From a virus (taxonomy: Duplodnaviria > Heunggongvirae > Uroviricota > Caudoviricetes), in IMG/VR virus record IMGVR_UViG_3300031133_000383, positions 32,001 to 96,000 of that record: a DNA stretch of 64,000 nucleotides; one strand, written 5' to 3'. Numbering within the stretch: the first letter of the stretch is position 1; every line of letters begins with the position of its first letter. Position numbers and translations under genes: made by a program. Under the pieces are notes generated by a model that searched no databases, was not told the origin of the DNA, and worked only from the letters and a program-made list of their open reading frames with translations. Of this stretch, positions 1-10,252 are shown one piece after another.

Positions 1-20
1 ATGTACCGGTCAGATTTGAT

Positions 21-692
21 TTGTCAGAAAAATTTTCCGGCCAACATGCGACCAATGATAGTTATAGTAATGATTATGACAAGTGTGTAAGCGTTTGTGT
101 TAGTGCGATAGATTCTTATTTGGGATCTCTCTATTACGAACTCTCCAATTCAATTGAAACGATAAACAATAATTTGATGTATCGAATATTTCCCTTTTTA
201 TTTGATAAAGAACAATTAAATGAACTTATTATTAAAAGAAATAAAATATTAAGTTTAAAAGATAATAAAGACATATTGAAATCGCTAGTTGAATTTAATT
301 TTAAATATATTGCTGATACGGAAAGTGACATTAAAGTTCCTTTTTATAGGTTCTCTATGAATCAGGTTGTATACTCGGTAGTACAAGATCCAGTAAGTTA
401 CCTAAAAATAGAAAAATTAATTGTTAGCGATATATCCATAGTTGATACAAAAACTGATAATGTTACCAATTGTGATTATGAATTTGATTACGAATTACTA
501 CAAGACAATAAGTTATCAAAATTGACATACGGTCAGTTTAGAAAATTTGATGGCAAAAAATGTATTGTAAATTATAATTATGCAATCTTTACTGATTTGG
601 ATGATGCTAAAGAACACTGTATTAAAGTATTAAATGCAATTAAAAATACAGTTGATGAAAAAATAAGAGATGTAGAAAATTTTCTTCCATGA
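21..692 (+). CDS. hypothetical protein, probably 5'-truncated by the window edge
   Basis: 223-aa ORF; the frame is open back to position 3. Confidence 0.7.
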   Translation: MSEKFSGQHATNDSYSNDYDKCVSVCVSAIDSYLGSLYYELSNSIETINNNLMYRIFPFLFDKEQLNELIIKRNKILSLKDNKDILKSLVEFNFKYIADTESDIKVPFYRFSMNQVVYSVVQDPVSYLKIEKLIVSDISIVDTKTDNVTNCDYEFDYELLQDNKLSKLTYGQFRKFDGKKCIVNYNYAIFTDLDDAKEHCIKVLNAIKNTVDEKIRDVENFLP

Positions 693-905
693 TAGCCCAT
701 ATTGCTATTAACAAAAATAATATAAGCTTGTTGTATACATTGAAAAATGAATATAATTATGATGAGCAGTGCATGAACAAGACTTTGATAACAGGAAAAA
801 ATATAAACCTACAGAAATGATTAACATTTAATCAACTTTATTACTTGAATATTTAACATCCTTTGGCATAATAATATATAATAATGATAAAACCAAGGAG
901 AAATC

Positions 906-1973
906 ATGTTAAAGTATACTGTTATGGCATTATCAATTGCTGTATTAGTTGGATGCAGCACAGGTCGTAGCTACGATTCAATTGCTGATAGTGTTAGTTA
1001 TACCTATGACCACGACTTAAAACAATCAGTTGTCAAAGGACCTACAGAAGAGCCTGTCTACAAATCTTCTGCCAAAATTAAAAAATTCGATATGGATTTA
1101 AATATAAAAAATTCTGATACATTTGCTAATCTGGATTTAGCTTATTCTGATACAGAACCCCGTTTATTCTCGCATATTATTGACACTACAGGTCAAAGTT
1201 ACAACTTTTACAGTCACGAGAAACGTATTGTAGATTGTGGCGTATCTGGTAGTTCAAAAGAAGGTATCTGCGATTATACAGACAAAATAAGTTTCCAGTT
1301 GCCAGAGAGCAGTCGCAATCAGTATATATTGGTAGGAAGAGATGGTCGTAATGTATCTTTCAACATAAATAAAGAGTACCTTGCAGTTATGTCAGATGTC
1401 ACTTACAGATTGAAAACACCGCGTGCTGATGTCGATGAGCTTCGCTTGAAGAAAGATACCTTATTGACTGCCGGACCAACACCAGTAGCAAAACCATCGG
1501 TCCAGCAACCAGTTAAAACGGCTCCTGTGGTAGTTCCTGCACCTATTTATACACCAGTAGTGTCAACTGTACCTGTATCTAAACCAATTGTTGCAACGAC
1601 TACAAGTATTAAACAAGCACCAGCAGGAACTTCTTATATCAAGAAGTTTGAAGAAGATACTACTTGTAAGTGTTCGTCTTCACCACAATCCACTTCAACC
1701 ATCACTACTACAAAAGCGGTAGTGTACAAAGCTCCTGTTGAAACACCAAAAGTGGTTCCTGCTAAAGTGAAATCTTTGCCAGCCGCTAAAAAAGTTGACA
1801 ATGCTGTTCTTTCTCCAATGAATAAAACACCATTCTGTGCCACAATCCAGTACAAAACTTGTGCAACAGTTTCAAGTTGTCGTGAAGCGTATGACCAATT
1901 AGCTTGTGGTAACAAAAAATTAGATGCTTCTGGAAAAGGTATGCCTTGCCCTAATATATGTAACGTGAAGTAA
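906..1973 (+). CDS. lipoprotein with Pro/Thr/Val-rich linker and C-terminal Excalibur-like domain
   Basis: AAGGAG RBS; lipobox LVGC; C-terminus KTCATVSSCREAYDQLACGNKKLDASGKGMPCPNIC has the Excalibur Cys pattern. Confidence 0.75.
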   Translation: MLKYTVMALSIAVLVGCSTGRSYDSIADSVSYTYDHDLKQSVVKGPTEEPVYKSSAKIKKFDMDLNIKNSDTFANLDLAYSDTEPRLFSHIIDTTGQSYNFYSHEKRIVDCGVSGSSKEGICDYTDKISFQLPESSRNQYILVGRDGRNVSFNINKEYLAVMSDVTYRLKTPRADVDELRLKKDTLLTAGPTPVAKPSVQQPVKTAPVVVPAPIYTPVVSTVPVSKPIVATTTSIKQAPAGTSYIKKFEEDTTCKCSSSPQSTSTITTTKAVVYKAPVETPKVVPAKVKSLPAAKKVDNAVLSPMNKTPFCATIQYKTCATVSSCREAYDQLACGNKKLDASGKGMPCPNICNVK

Positions 1974-1999
1974 ATGATATAGCTACAAAAAATAAACCG

Positions 2000-3139
2000 C
2001 TAATTAGCGGTTTTTTCTTTATCTGCTGCCTTGATTTCAAGAGGACTTGTAGTTACTTTATCTTTTTCAAGATCAGGATCATTTTTTTCATTAGATGTTT
2101 CAGCAGTATTATCAATAATGACAGTCTGTTTGTTTTCCTTTTCTATTTTAGGTTCCGTTTCCATTTTAATAATTTTTATTTTGTTATATAAATCTTTATC
2201 TGGGTCTAGATTTTGTAAGATATACGGAATTTCTTTGCTAATATTATCGTTTTTAAATGCAGTATAAACAGCAGTCTTTTTAACATTTTTTTCAATATAG
2301 TCTTGTTTTAAGTCTCTAATAATCATCAATTCTGTTTCAAGATTTAGAACTGTTTTCATTTTTTTATCTTTAACAATAATGTTATGTGGTGGATAGATGC
2401 CATTGATATTCAACTTGTCTAATTGTGTTAAGTATTTTGATTCTATCTGTGTAGAAGCTTCTTTATATGTTTTCAATTTGTTTTCTAGTGGGGTCTTGCT
2501 GAATGTCATGAAGTGATTGACAATGCCATCCCATTCTTTGTAATAATTGATTTTGATTTCAAAATTTCTTTTAACAGTATTCACTGTCAAATTTAAATGA
2601 GTGGCCGTATCACATAACATTGGATTAACTTTTAAATAAAGTGAACTATTGGTATCACATATATTAACAGTATAAGGATAATACTGTGTGTAAATATCTT
2701 TAAGATAAGTAGATGTAGTCAGTTCAATATCATCAATATTGTTGATGATAACTTTTATTTCACTGAACTCATCTTTGAGTGGTGAACCAAATAATAAATT
2801 ATTGATTTTATTTTTATAATAGTTTTCATTATAAGCAATCACTAAATACTGTGTATTTGATTGTTTTGATTTATTATATTCTATATGATCAATCCATTTA
2901 AAATCTTTGATTTGATTTAGCTCGACATTATTTTTCTTTATCAGCAATTTATCATCTTTTTGATCCCAGTACAACGTTACTTGATTAGCCTTTAGATAGT
3001 TTGAAAAACTTTCAACGTTTTCTTTGTTGGCTTCCTTTCCCAAAAATATTAAGAAACCTATTGACAGTACAAAAGCCATAACAGTGATGATGGCGATAGA
3101 AGCAGTCGATATTTTTTGGTATACAGTGTTTGCTTTCAT
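2000..3139 (-). CDS. membrane-anchored hypothetical protein
   Basis: GGAG RBS before MKANT; single N-terminal hydrophobic helix. Confidence 0.75.
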   Translation of the reverse strand: MKANTVYQKISTASIAIITVMAFVLSIGFLIFLGKEANKENVESFSNYLKANQVTLYWDQKDDKLLIKKNNVELNQIKDFKWIDHIEYNKSKQSNTQYLVIAYNENYYKNKINNLLFGSPLKDEFSEIKVIINNIDDIELTTSTYLKDIYTQYYPYTVNICDTNSSLYLKVNPMLCDTATHLNLTVNTVKRNFEIKINYYKEWDGIVNHFMTFSKTPLENKLKTYKEASTQIESKYLTQLDKLNINGIYPPHNIIVKDKKMKTVLNLETELMIIRDLKQDYIEKNVKKTAVYTAFKNDNISKEIPYILQNLDPDKDLYNKIKIIKMETEPKIEKENKQTVIIDNTAETSNEKNDPDLEKDKVTTSPLEIKAADKEKTAN

Positions 3140-3281
3140 TTTTAATTCTCCAATAAAATACACAAAATAATAACACAGTACCATTAAATATCAATATCAT
3201 TTTCATTATATATTTTATAAAATATTTATTGCGAAAAACAATTATTTTGTGTATAATCATGTTTCATTATGGATATATAAG

Positions 3282-3998
3282 ATGAAAGATACAATACTTA
3301 AAAATAAGCTCGATGCTTTTTTCAGAAATATTTCTATTGATATCAAGCAGTATGTGCCTGATAGTATTTATATGGGGTCGCATATTTCCAGATTCATTCT
3401 AAACAATGTCAGACAAGGATTACCATTAAAATTAATTACAGATCCATCTTCGGGTATAAATTCGTTATTCATTGGCGATAAACTAATGATGAATTTTATC
3501 ACTGAGCTTGCTGACTATCAGATTGAAACTGTTTTTTATCGTAACAAACAAGTCATTGATATACCACATTTTCAAAATGACATGTATTATATAAAAGAAC
3601 TCTTGAAAAATATAACATTTATGGAGTATCTATTGACAGGAAATGATTTATATTCTCCACTGTTGGATATTTTCGATTCAAATGAAGCAATATTTACTAA
3701 ATTTGTTTCATCTAATGATTTTTTTGATGAGATTTTTGATATAGTTTTTAATGATAAAAATATTTTTATTCATTTTTATAAGCGAGATATCGAAATCACT
3801 ATTGATAGAAGCAATAATAGTATTAGTTTCAGCTTGGATATCAACAAACAAAGAATGAGTAAACTATCTAATTTTCAGGCATTTATTAGTGCTATGAACA
3901 GCAAAATTTATAATCAGGTGGTAAGAAAAAATTTAAATATATCACCATCAGAATTTTTAGTCCAACATAGAGAATTAGTGAATATTTTTGAGTATTAG
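3282..3998 (+). CDS. hypothetical protein, C-terminal-motif family A
   Basis: ends ELVNIFEY. Confidence 0.75.
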   Translation: MKDTILKNKLDAFFRNISIDIKQYVPDSIYMGSHISRFILNNVRQGLPLKLITDPSSGINSLFIGDKLMMNFITELADYQIETVFYRNKQVIDIPHFQNDMYYIKELLKNITFMEYLLTGNDLYSPLLDIFDSNEAIFTKFVSSNDFFDEIFDIVFNDKNIFIHFYKRDIEITIDRSNNSISFSLDINKQRMSKLSNFQAFISAMNSKIYNQVVRKNLNISPSEFLVQHRELVNIFEY

Positions 3999-4034
3999 TT
4001 CTTGAAATGATACAAAAGTATGATAAATTGATTA

Positions 4035-4157
4035 AACAAATTTAAACAGCATAATTATAAACAAATAAGTCTTATTTTTAAATTTTGTTAGTCTAGTTAT
4101 CTCCTTTCTAAGTTAAAAAGACTTAAATTATTATTCCCTCTTATTGAGGGTTTTTTT
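4035..4157 (+). ncRNA. candidate small RNA with anti-Shine-Dalgarno loop
   Basis: TTGAAA (4002) and TG-n-TAAATT (4024) promoter, no ORF, stem TAAGTCTT/AAGACTTA enclosing TCTCCTTT, terminator CCCTC-TTATT-GAGGG-T7. Confidence 0.45.
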
Positions 4158-4220
4158 ATTTTTATTGTTTTTATCAATGATTCGTGATAGAATACTGCGA
4201 ATTGATGTGAGGATCTATTG

Positions 4221-4997
4221 ATGAATGTAAAATTTGGTCAAAAATGTAATGATACACCTTTGTCAGAAGGCAATCTAACTTTTTTCGACTGCAGCTATGA
4301 AGCTATTTATAATTTAACAAAAGATGAACCTGTCGTTGTTTATCCTGTTTACACGCCTAAAAATAGTGCGGCTGGAAAAGCACTTATTCTTTCAGATGAT
4401 GAAACTGTATTAATTGCAAAATTAAGTGTGAATGGTCTTGTCAGTATAGTGGATAAAGCATTATTTGATCGTTATTTTAAAATAAAAACTATGAATCATC
4501 AAGAAGCAGAAAAATGCTGGCTGAAAGTGGTTGAATTGTTCAAGTTAATGGGTATATTCAAATCTATACAACGCTTTCCTTTTAACGATTTTCTATCTAA
4601 TGAGATTTCTAATTTTTGCATTACAGTCTCACGCGATCAAGATTATTTTTTAAATGAGATGTTTGGTAATTTTTCTTCCAATAGAAATATTCATATAGAT
4701 AAAGTCATTGGACTAGATAAAAACGGTTTATTTGAACAAGTTAGTTTCAATGTCTTTCACTCTTTCAAAATAAGCATGCGACCTGTTGATGAAAAAATCA
4801 AAGTAAGTTTCATTTTGAAAGTTTTTAAAGCCTATGCGGTATGCGGTGTTGATCAACAAGAGTCTATTGAAAAAATAATAAAAAAATTGATTAAAGCTTA
4901 CCTTGAAAAAAAATTTATTCATATGGATATTGACTATATTTTAACACCTGATTTTTTTGAACAGTGGAAAATGATTAATGCGATGATTGACTATTGA
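4221..4997 (+). CDS. hypothetical protein, family A
   Basis: GAGG RBS; ends MINAMIDY. Confidence 0.8.
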   Translation: MNVKFGQKCNDTPLSEGNLTFFDCSYEAIYNLTKDEPVVVYPVYTPKNSAAGKALILSDDETVLIAKLSVNGLVSIVDKALFDRYFKIKTMNHQEAEKCWLKVVELFKLMGIFKSIQRFPFNDFLSNEISNFCITVSRDQDYFLNEMFGNFSSNRNIHIDKVIGLDKNGLFEQVSFNVFHSFKISMRPVDEKIKVSFILKVFKAYAVCGVDQQESIEKIIKKLIKAYLEKKFIHMDIDYILTPDFFEQWKMINAMIDY

Positions 4998-5005
4998 GGT
5001 ATAAA

Positions 5006-5752
5006 ATGAATCATTATAAAAATTTAATAAAATTAGTAAAACCAGAGTATCAACCCCATTATTACCTTCAAAAAAAGGTAAATGGTGAAAATAAGTTTGG
5101 TCTGTTTTTCAAAAGACCTGACTACAAGAAAGGTAACTCCAATGGAGTGCTTATTCTAGATGTCAGAAATTCACAAAACCTTATCGAAGTACACAAGAAA
5201 GGAGAAAATCCTTATATTTCAGATTGTTCATATATCTGGAATGAAGAACTATATAAACAACTTGATATTCCTGATGCGGTTTCTGACTTTATTTATTACC
5301 TAGTTGATAGTAATAATAGAAAAAATTATTTTTATTTGTTTTTTTATAATATTTTTAATAAGGCTACGATAAGTGTAAAAAAATCTAATTATTTGACAAA
5401 AATAAAATGTTTAATTTCTAAAGACTTGGCGACTATCGAATATTTTTTGGTCACTATTATCAGTAATATTGATTTCAATACAGAAATGTCTTTATTGATA
5501 GATGACAAATCTACTCAGGATATGCAACATTTTGAAAGGTGTGTTCCTTATGTAAAAAATGATAATTTGATTATCAATGTTAAAACGGGTGAAGTATTTT
5601 GTGAAGATAAAAATGGGTTGCCTATCAATATTATGAGTATAGATACATTTAAACAACAAAACATTTTAAATACCGAAACTATTAAACAAACAGCAAAAGA
5701 CGCTTTAATGAAAAAGATTTCTCATATTGATGGTTTTGAATGGAGTAACTGA
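5006..5752 (+). CDS. hypothetical protein
   Basis: GAGG RBS; operon-like spacing with both neighbours. Confidence 0.75.
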   Translation: MNHYKNLIKLVKPEYQPHYYLQKKVNGENKFGLFFKRPDYKKGNSNGVLILDVRNSQNLIEVHKKGENPYISDCSYIWNEELYKQLDIPDAVSDFIYYLVDSNNRKNYFYLFFYNIFNKATISVKKSNYLTKIKCLISKDLATIEYFLVTIISNIDFNTEMSLLIDDKSTQDMQHFERCVPYVKNDNLIINVKTGEVFCEDKNGLPINIMSIDTFKQQNILNTETIKQTAKDALMKKISHIDGFEWSN

Positions 5753-5753
5753 T

Positions 5754-6443
5754 ATGAATATAGAATTAGAAAAATCTATTGCAGCAAAATTAGTCACTTC
5801 CATGGCATTTGATTATATGGATAAAGAATCCATGTTTGATGGTGTTCCTATTGGTATTGGGGCGTGGGAATTTGAATATGTTGAACCTTCCATTTTTCAA
5901 TCGAAAAGTTATGATATTTTGGCAAAGTTCAAATATAACAAACAAAACACTTCAAACACTGTAAAAGATTTGGGAACCATCGTGCTAAGCATGGACAAAG
6001 TATTCAAAATTTTTCAATTTGAAGATTTAAATAAATTTGATTTTATGAAACTTTATTTTGAGTATTTTTCCATTGTCTCAAGAAAAAACAAATTAGGAAG
6101 TGTTCCCAATTTAATAGTAAAAGCTAAATTTGAAGGAGATCAGATTGATGAATTCTTTTTTAATATACCCAGTTTTGAATTTGACAATGATAATGTACTT
6201 GTTATTAATACGCATGAATTTGCTTATAAGAATGGAGTGTATTATGCAGAAAGTGCAGAAGGATTACATAAAATTTCTAAAAATCTATTTTGCAAACATA
6301 TTCTTATATGTTACCTAAATTCAATAGTTTCAAATATTAATCGTATCTTGAATATTTCAATTGATATTGTAGATACCAATGAAAGAGATGTTGTTAAAAT
6401 GATCGAAAAATATAAAGATGTCGTTGATATGATGTATAATTAA
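5754..6443 (+). CDS. hypothetical protein, family A
   Basis: GGAG RBS; ends DVVDMMYN. Confidence 0.8.
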   Translation: MNIELEKSIAAKLVTSMAFDYMDKESMFDGVPIGIGAWEFEYVEPSIFQSKSYDILAKFKYNKQNTSNTVKDLGTIVLSMDKVFKIFQFEDLNKFDFMKLYFEYFSIVSRKNKLGSVPNLIVKAKFEGDQIDEFFFNIPSFEFDNDNVLVINTHEFAYKNGVYYAESAEGLHKISKNLFCKHILICYLNSIVSNINRILNISIDIVDTNERDVVKMIEKYKDVVDMMYN

Positions 6444-6454
6444 ATTTAAGATTT

Positions 6455-7015
6455 CTATTTAATATAATGTAACTCAATCAATCTGTTGGATACTAAATAA
6501 ATATTTATAACTTCAAGGTATTTGGCAATGTTTCCAATCGTTGAATCAATATCTTGTTGTTTGAATACTTCAATAAGGCGTATAACACTTTCTAAAGGAA
6601 TAAGAAGTTCTTGTGCAAAATCTAATGCAATTTTTTCATGTATTCTTTCAGGATCTTGCTCCATAACCATTCTAGAGTCAATATACACTATCTTATCCAT
6701 TGATTTGTCAACCAATCCTTGGATAATATAGCTTAACGCATAAGCAGTAATCAATCGTAATTTATCAGAGCTAATTCCTGATTTATAGGTCAAAATATAG
6801 TTGTTTTTTCTGTTGGATATGGAAGCAAAAAACTTATTATCGAAATCAGAATTGATACATTCTAAAATAAATGAAAATTCTTTGATATTTTGAGCAATTT
6901 GGATAATATCAACAGGCACAGTTCGTTTGTCCCAATACTTATCCAATATTTGTCTAGGTGTTAACTTAAGAACTCTTTCTTGACGCTTCTTGAATAATTC
7001 AATAATTTCGCCCAT
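6455..7015 (-). CDS. ImmA/IrrE (DUF955)-like metallopeptidase homologue with degenerate HExxH
   Basis: PVDIIQIA...RLITAYALSY...EKIALDFAQELLIP resembles the family pattern PVD...RFTIAHELGH...ExxANxFAAELLMP. Confidence 0.7.
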   Translation of the reverse strand: MGEIIELFKKRQERVLKLTPRQILDKYWDKRTVPVDIIQIAQNIKEFSFILECINSDFDNKFFASISNRKNNYILTYKSGISSDKLRLITAYALSYIIQGLVDKSMDKIVYIDSRMVMEQDPERIHEKIALDFAQELLIPLESVIRLIEVFKQQDIDSTIGNIAKYLEVINIYLVSNRLIELHYIK

Positions 7016-7142
7016 CTCAAAATCCTATAAACTATTATTATGATCAATTTAACATTTTTACAGAGAAAATAAAGGATTGTTTATCAAAACATTTGAATAT
7101 TTTTAAAATAGGATTAAGATTATTATATGGGTTAAATATAAA

Positions 7143-7697
7143 ATGAAGATACAAATATCAAATATGATTAAGGACGATATTTATTTTAATACAGTGGTAG
7201 ACTGTATTGATTCTTTTTTAACTTATGAAAATAGATTTGGTTTATTTAATGAAAACTATAAAGATCATATATTTCAGATAATTGATGATTTTAAGAGATT
7301 CAATAAATCTTGTAAAATTTCCAAAGTAGCTGTTGAGATATTTATTCATGATTATACATTTCTATCGAAATATAAATGTAATCCATCTTTGTACATACCA
7401 ATAGACCATTACAAAAAAAGCCCATTTTTTCAGATCGATTTAACGGAAAATCTTCATCTTTCTATTGAAAATCATCGCGAAGATATAAAATTCATTACAA
7501 ACACTTATTTTAAAGATTTAGGCAAAAACATTATTACTTTTCATCCTAAAGACAATTACGGAAAGGATTTTAAAGATTGCTTATTTAACCATTTAATCAA
7601 ACCCAAAATAAATAGCCTTGCTGAATTTTCAGAGTGTACTCAGATTGAACACCTAACTGATGACGATATTTCGATTATCAATATGTTTAATATTTAA
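7143..7697 (+). CDS. hypothetical protein, family A
   Basis: ends SIINMFNI. Confidence 0.75.
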   Translation: MKIQISNMIKDDIYFNTVVDCIDSFLTYENRFGLFNENYKDHIFQIIDDFKRFNKSCKISKVAVEIFIHDYTFLSKYKCNPSLYIPIDHYKKSPFFQIDLTENLHLSIENHREDIKFITNTYFKDLGKNIITFHPKDNYGKDFKDCLFNHLIKPKINSLAEFSECTQIEHLTDDDISIINMFNI

Positions 7698-7766
7698 AAC
7701 AAATAATCTTGATTTTTTAATAGTACATTGATATACTTTATTTTCTTCATTAGGGGCATTATAAAA

Positions 7767-8075
7767 ATGAGTAGAACGTTTAGAAATCGAACGCCTTATG
7801 GCAAAATTAATGCCTATGCACGACATGAGTTTACTAATTTTTCAAATCGCCCCTATTATAGAAAACAAACACAACTAACCTGTATAGATTTATTTTTAAA
7901 AGACGTTATACGATTTGGAAACGTTTGGAAAGTTCCTAAAAAATATAGAAAATTCAAGATTAGAAGTAAAAAAAGAAAGGATATTCAAATTTTGTATGTA
8001 AATTTAAAATACGATACATTAGATAATATGACTTCATTTAAATGGTCAAATGATGCTGGTTATCACTATTGGTAA
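7767..8075 (+). CDS. small basic hypothetical protein
   Basis: AGGGG RBS; MSRTFR start; K/R-rich. Confidence 0.7.
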   Translation: MSRTFRNRTPYGKINAYARHEFTNFSNRPYYRKQTQLTCIDLFLKDVIRFGNVWKVPKKYRKFKIRSKKRKDIQILYVNLKYDTLDNMTSFKWSNDAGYHYW

Positions 8076-8281
8076 ATTTATTAATTATTGAACAGTAACA
8101 AAATCAGTATATTTTAAATATACTTTTTTTTATTATTTTCATTTGTATACAATATTAAAATAGAATATAGATTGCTGTTTAGTCATTTAATATTAATAAA
8201 TTATAATATTTTATGTTATAATATTTGACATTTTTGCTTTTTTGGCCTATCATTTCTCTAATAAACCAAAGGAGTTGTCAA

Positions 8282-8791
8282 ATGTCACGTTCCCTTACAT
8301 TAAGTCTTGTAGGAGCAGTTGGTGCGATAATTGCAGTATGTTGTTATGCAGCAACAGACGAGCAAAGCTCTAAAAAAACTACATCACAAGCTCCTATTTC
8401 TATTACAATTGAAGAAGATGGTGCTGCAACAGGTATTGCAACTAAAAATCAAGTTGAAAAAATTTATGATGTTCGTAAAGGTGAATTGGATAAAAACTTT
8501 AAAGAGGCACGTAATAAAAAAAGAGATGCAAAGGAATTGAAATTGATCAACCTTGCTTATGATAGTGTTGATTGTATGCAAAAAAGTGTTGAGCACTTTC
8601 CCGAGTTGATTGACGTAATTGATGGTAAACATATGGAAGCCAATAATGTTGCCGAAGTCATGGAAAATAATTGTGTAACGGATGTACTAGCTCATGTTAA
8701 AAGAGATATTCCAGAAGACTTAGATGCTTCTGAAAAAATATTCAAGGAGTTAGGTTTTACCATCCCTAGTGATTTAGACGATTTTCAATAA
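8282..8791 (+). CDS. exported or membrane-anchored hypothetical protein
   Basis: AAGGAG RBS; N-terminal hydrophobic segment; terminator downstream. Confidence 0.8.
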   Translation: MSRSLTLSLVGAVGAIIAVCCYAATDEQSSKKTTSQAPISITIEEDGAATGIATKNQVEKIYDVRKGELDKNFKEARNKKRDAKELKLINLAYDSVDCMQKSVEHFPELIDVIDGKHMEANNVAEVMENNCVTDVLAHVKRDIPEDLDASEKIFKELGFTIPSDLDDFQ

Positions 8792-8805
8792 TAGTATTTA
8801 TATTT

Positions 8806-8830
8806 AAAAGCCGCCATCTAGGCGGTTTTC
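8806..8830 (+). terminator. intrinsic terminator
   Basis: AAAAGCCGCC-ATCTA-GGCGGTTTT hairpin. Confidence 0.7.
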
Positions 8831-8912
8831 TATTTTAATTATTTTTATTTTGATTGCTTTTTTTTCATAAGTGGTTATGATTAATTCTAACAAATGAATA
8901 CAAGGAGTTTAC

Positions 8913-10163
8913 ATGTTTTTCCATGAGCACATCGTTGCTTTATTCGGGGTTACACCTGATAGTTTTTTTACATCCATTATAGAGTCCTGCATCGCTACAC
9001 TTATTGTTGTAGGTGGCTACCTACTACTTAAAAATACTGTTATAAAGGTAATTAGAAAACATATTGAAAAATCAGATAATGATTTTATTGTCAATTTATC
9101 AAGACATAGAATTCTTAGAAATATGACATTGATCATCCCCTTTGCTATTTTGTATTCTTTCAAAAATGTTTACCTGAATCAGGTTGTAGCCAATATTTAC
9201 GAAAAAGTTATTTTTACAACATTGGTATTTGTAAGCACTATGTTGATTTTCTCCATATTCAATGTAATGTCAGATTATTATGAAAAAAGTGAAAGAGTCA
9301 GTGACAAAATACCTGTAAAGCCTTTTTTTCAAATATTAAAAGTTATTTTATTCTTGATTTCAATTATGGTTGTAATTGCTCATTTTGTAGATCGCTCTCC
9401 TGTTTATATATTAAGTGCAGTCGGTGCTGCATCTGCTATCATCATGTTTATATTCAAAGATACCTTACAAAGCTTTGTAGCCTCTTTTCAAGTAACCATA
9501 CACAAAAGTGTAAAAGTGGGGGATTGGATTGAAGTTCCCAAGTATGCTGTTGATGGTGAAGTACGTGAAATTAATTTAAACCTGATTAGTGTTAAAAACT
9601 GGGATAATACAACAACGGTTATTCCTACTTACTGTTTGCTGACAGAAAGTTTTAAAAATTGGACAACTATGTTTAAAAATGGTCGTAGAATTAAAAGGGC
9701 TATCAACATTGATGTTAATAGTATCAAACAGCTAACTGAATCTGATATAAAGCGTCTTAAACAGGTAAAATTGATTAAACAGTACCTAGAAGATAAAGAA
9801 CAGGATTTAAATGTACAAAACAAAGACCTAGACAATAATGAATTGGTAGCCGTCAATGGTAAGAAATTGACAAATATTGGAACATTCAGAAAATATGTTG
9901 AGTATTATCTGCGACAACACAGTGAAATAATTCAAGACCAAATGCTGGTGGTCAGACAATTGGAAAATCGTTCAGAAGGATTACCTATTGAGATCTATTG
10001 TTTTACTCACAAAACATTCTTAATGGATTTTGAACCTGTTCAATCTGATATTTTTGATCATCTATATTCTGTGGTTACTTTATTTGGATTAAGAGTCTAT
10101 CAACAACCTTCTGGAGATTTTTCGGCCATCGGGAAAGATTTCAATAAGTTAATTCATAATTAA
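8913..10163 (+). CDS. small-conductance mechanosensitive channel, MscS family (YbdG-like)
   Basis: several TM helices; VGDWIEVPKYAVDGEVREINL, KNWDNTTTVIPTY, GRRIKR, TNIGTFR, GLPIEIYCF motifs. Confidence 0.92.
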   Translation: MFFHEHIVALFGVTPDSFFTSIIESCIATLIVVGGYLLLKNTVIKVIRKHIEKSDNDFIVNLSRHRILRNMTLIIPFAILYSFKNVYLNQVVANIYEKVIFTTLVFVSTMLIFSIFNVMSDYYEKSERVSDKIPVKPFFQILKVILFLISIMVVIAHFVDRSPVYILSAVGAASAIIMFIFKDTLQSFVASFQVTIHKSVKVGDWIEVPKYAVDGEVREINLNLISVKNWDNTTTVIPTYCLLTESFKNWTTMFKNGRRIKRAINIDVNSIKQLTESDIKRLKQVKLIKQYLEDKEQDLNVQNKDLDNNELVAVNGKKLTNIGTFRKYVEYYLRQHSEIIQDQMLVVRQLENRSEGLPIEIYCFTHKTFLMDFEPVQSDIFDHLYSVVTLFGLRVYQQPSGDFSAIGKDFNKLIHN

Positions 10164-10230
10164 TAAATGTTGTAGTCACAGGCTTATTGCAATAAATTAT
10201 CGGGGAGTCCCGCAAAATTTCCTAAAAAAT

Positions 10231-10252
10231 AACCCGCTATCAGCGGGTTTAT
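10231..10252. terminator. bidirectional intrinsic terminator
   Basis: AACCCGCT-ATC-AGCGGGTT between convergent genes. Confidence 0.7.

Noticed and set aside
10175-10225. Small GC-rich hairpin CGGG-GAGT-CCCG after mscS as an ncRNA
   Set aside because: Too short and without its own promoter; probably part of the 3' UTR.
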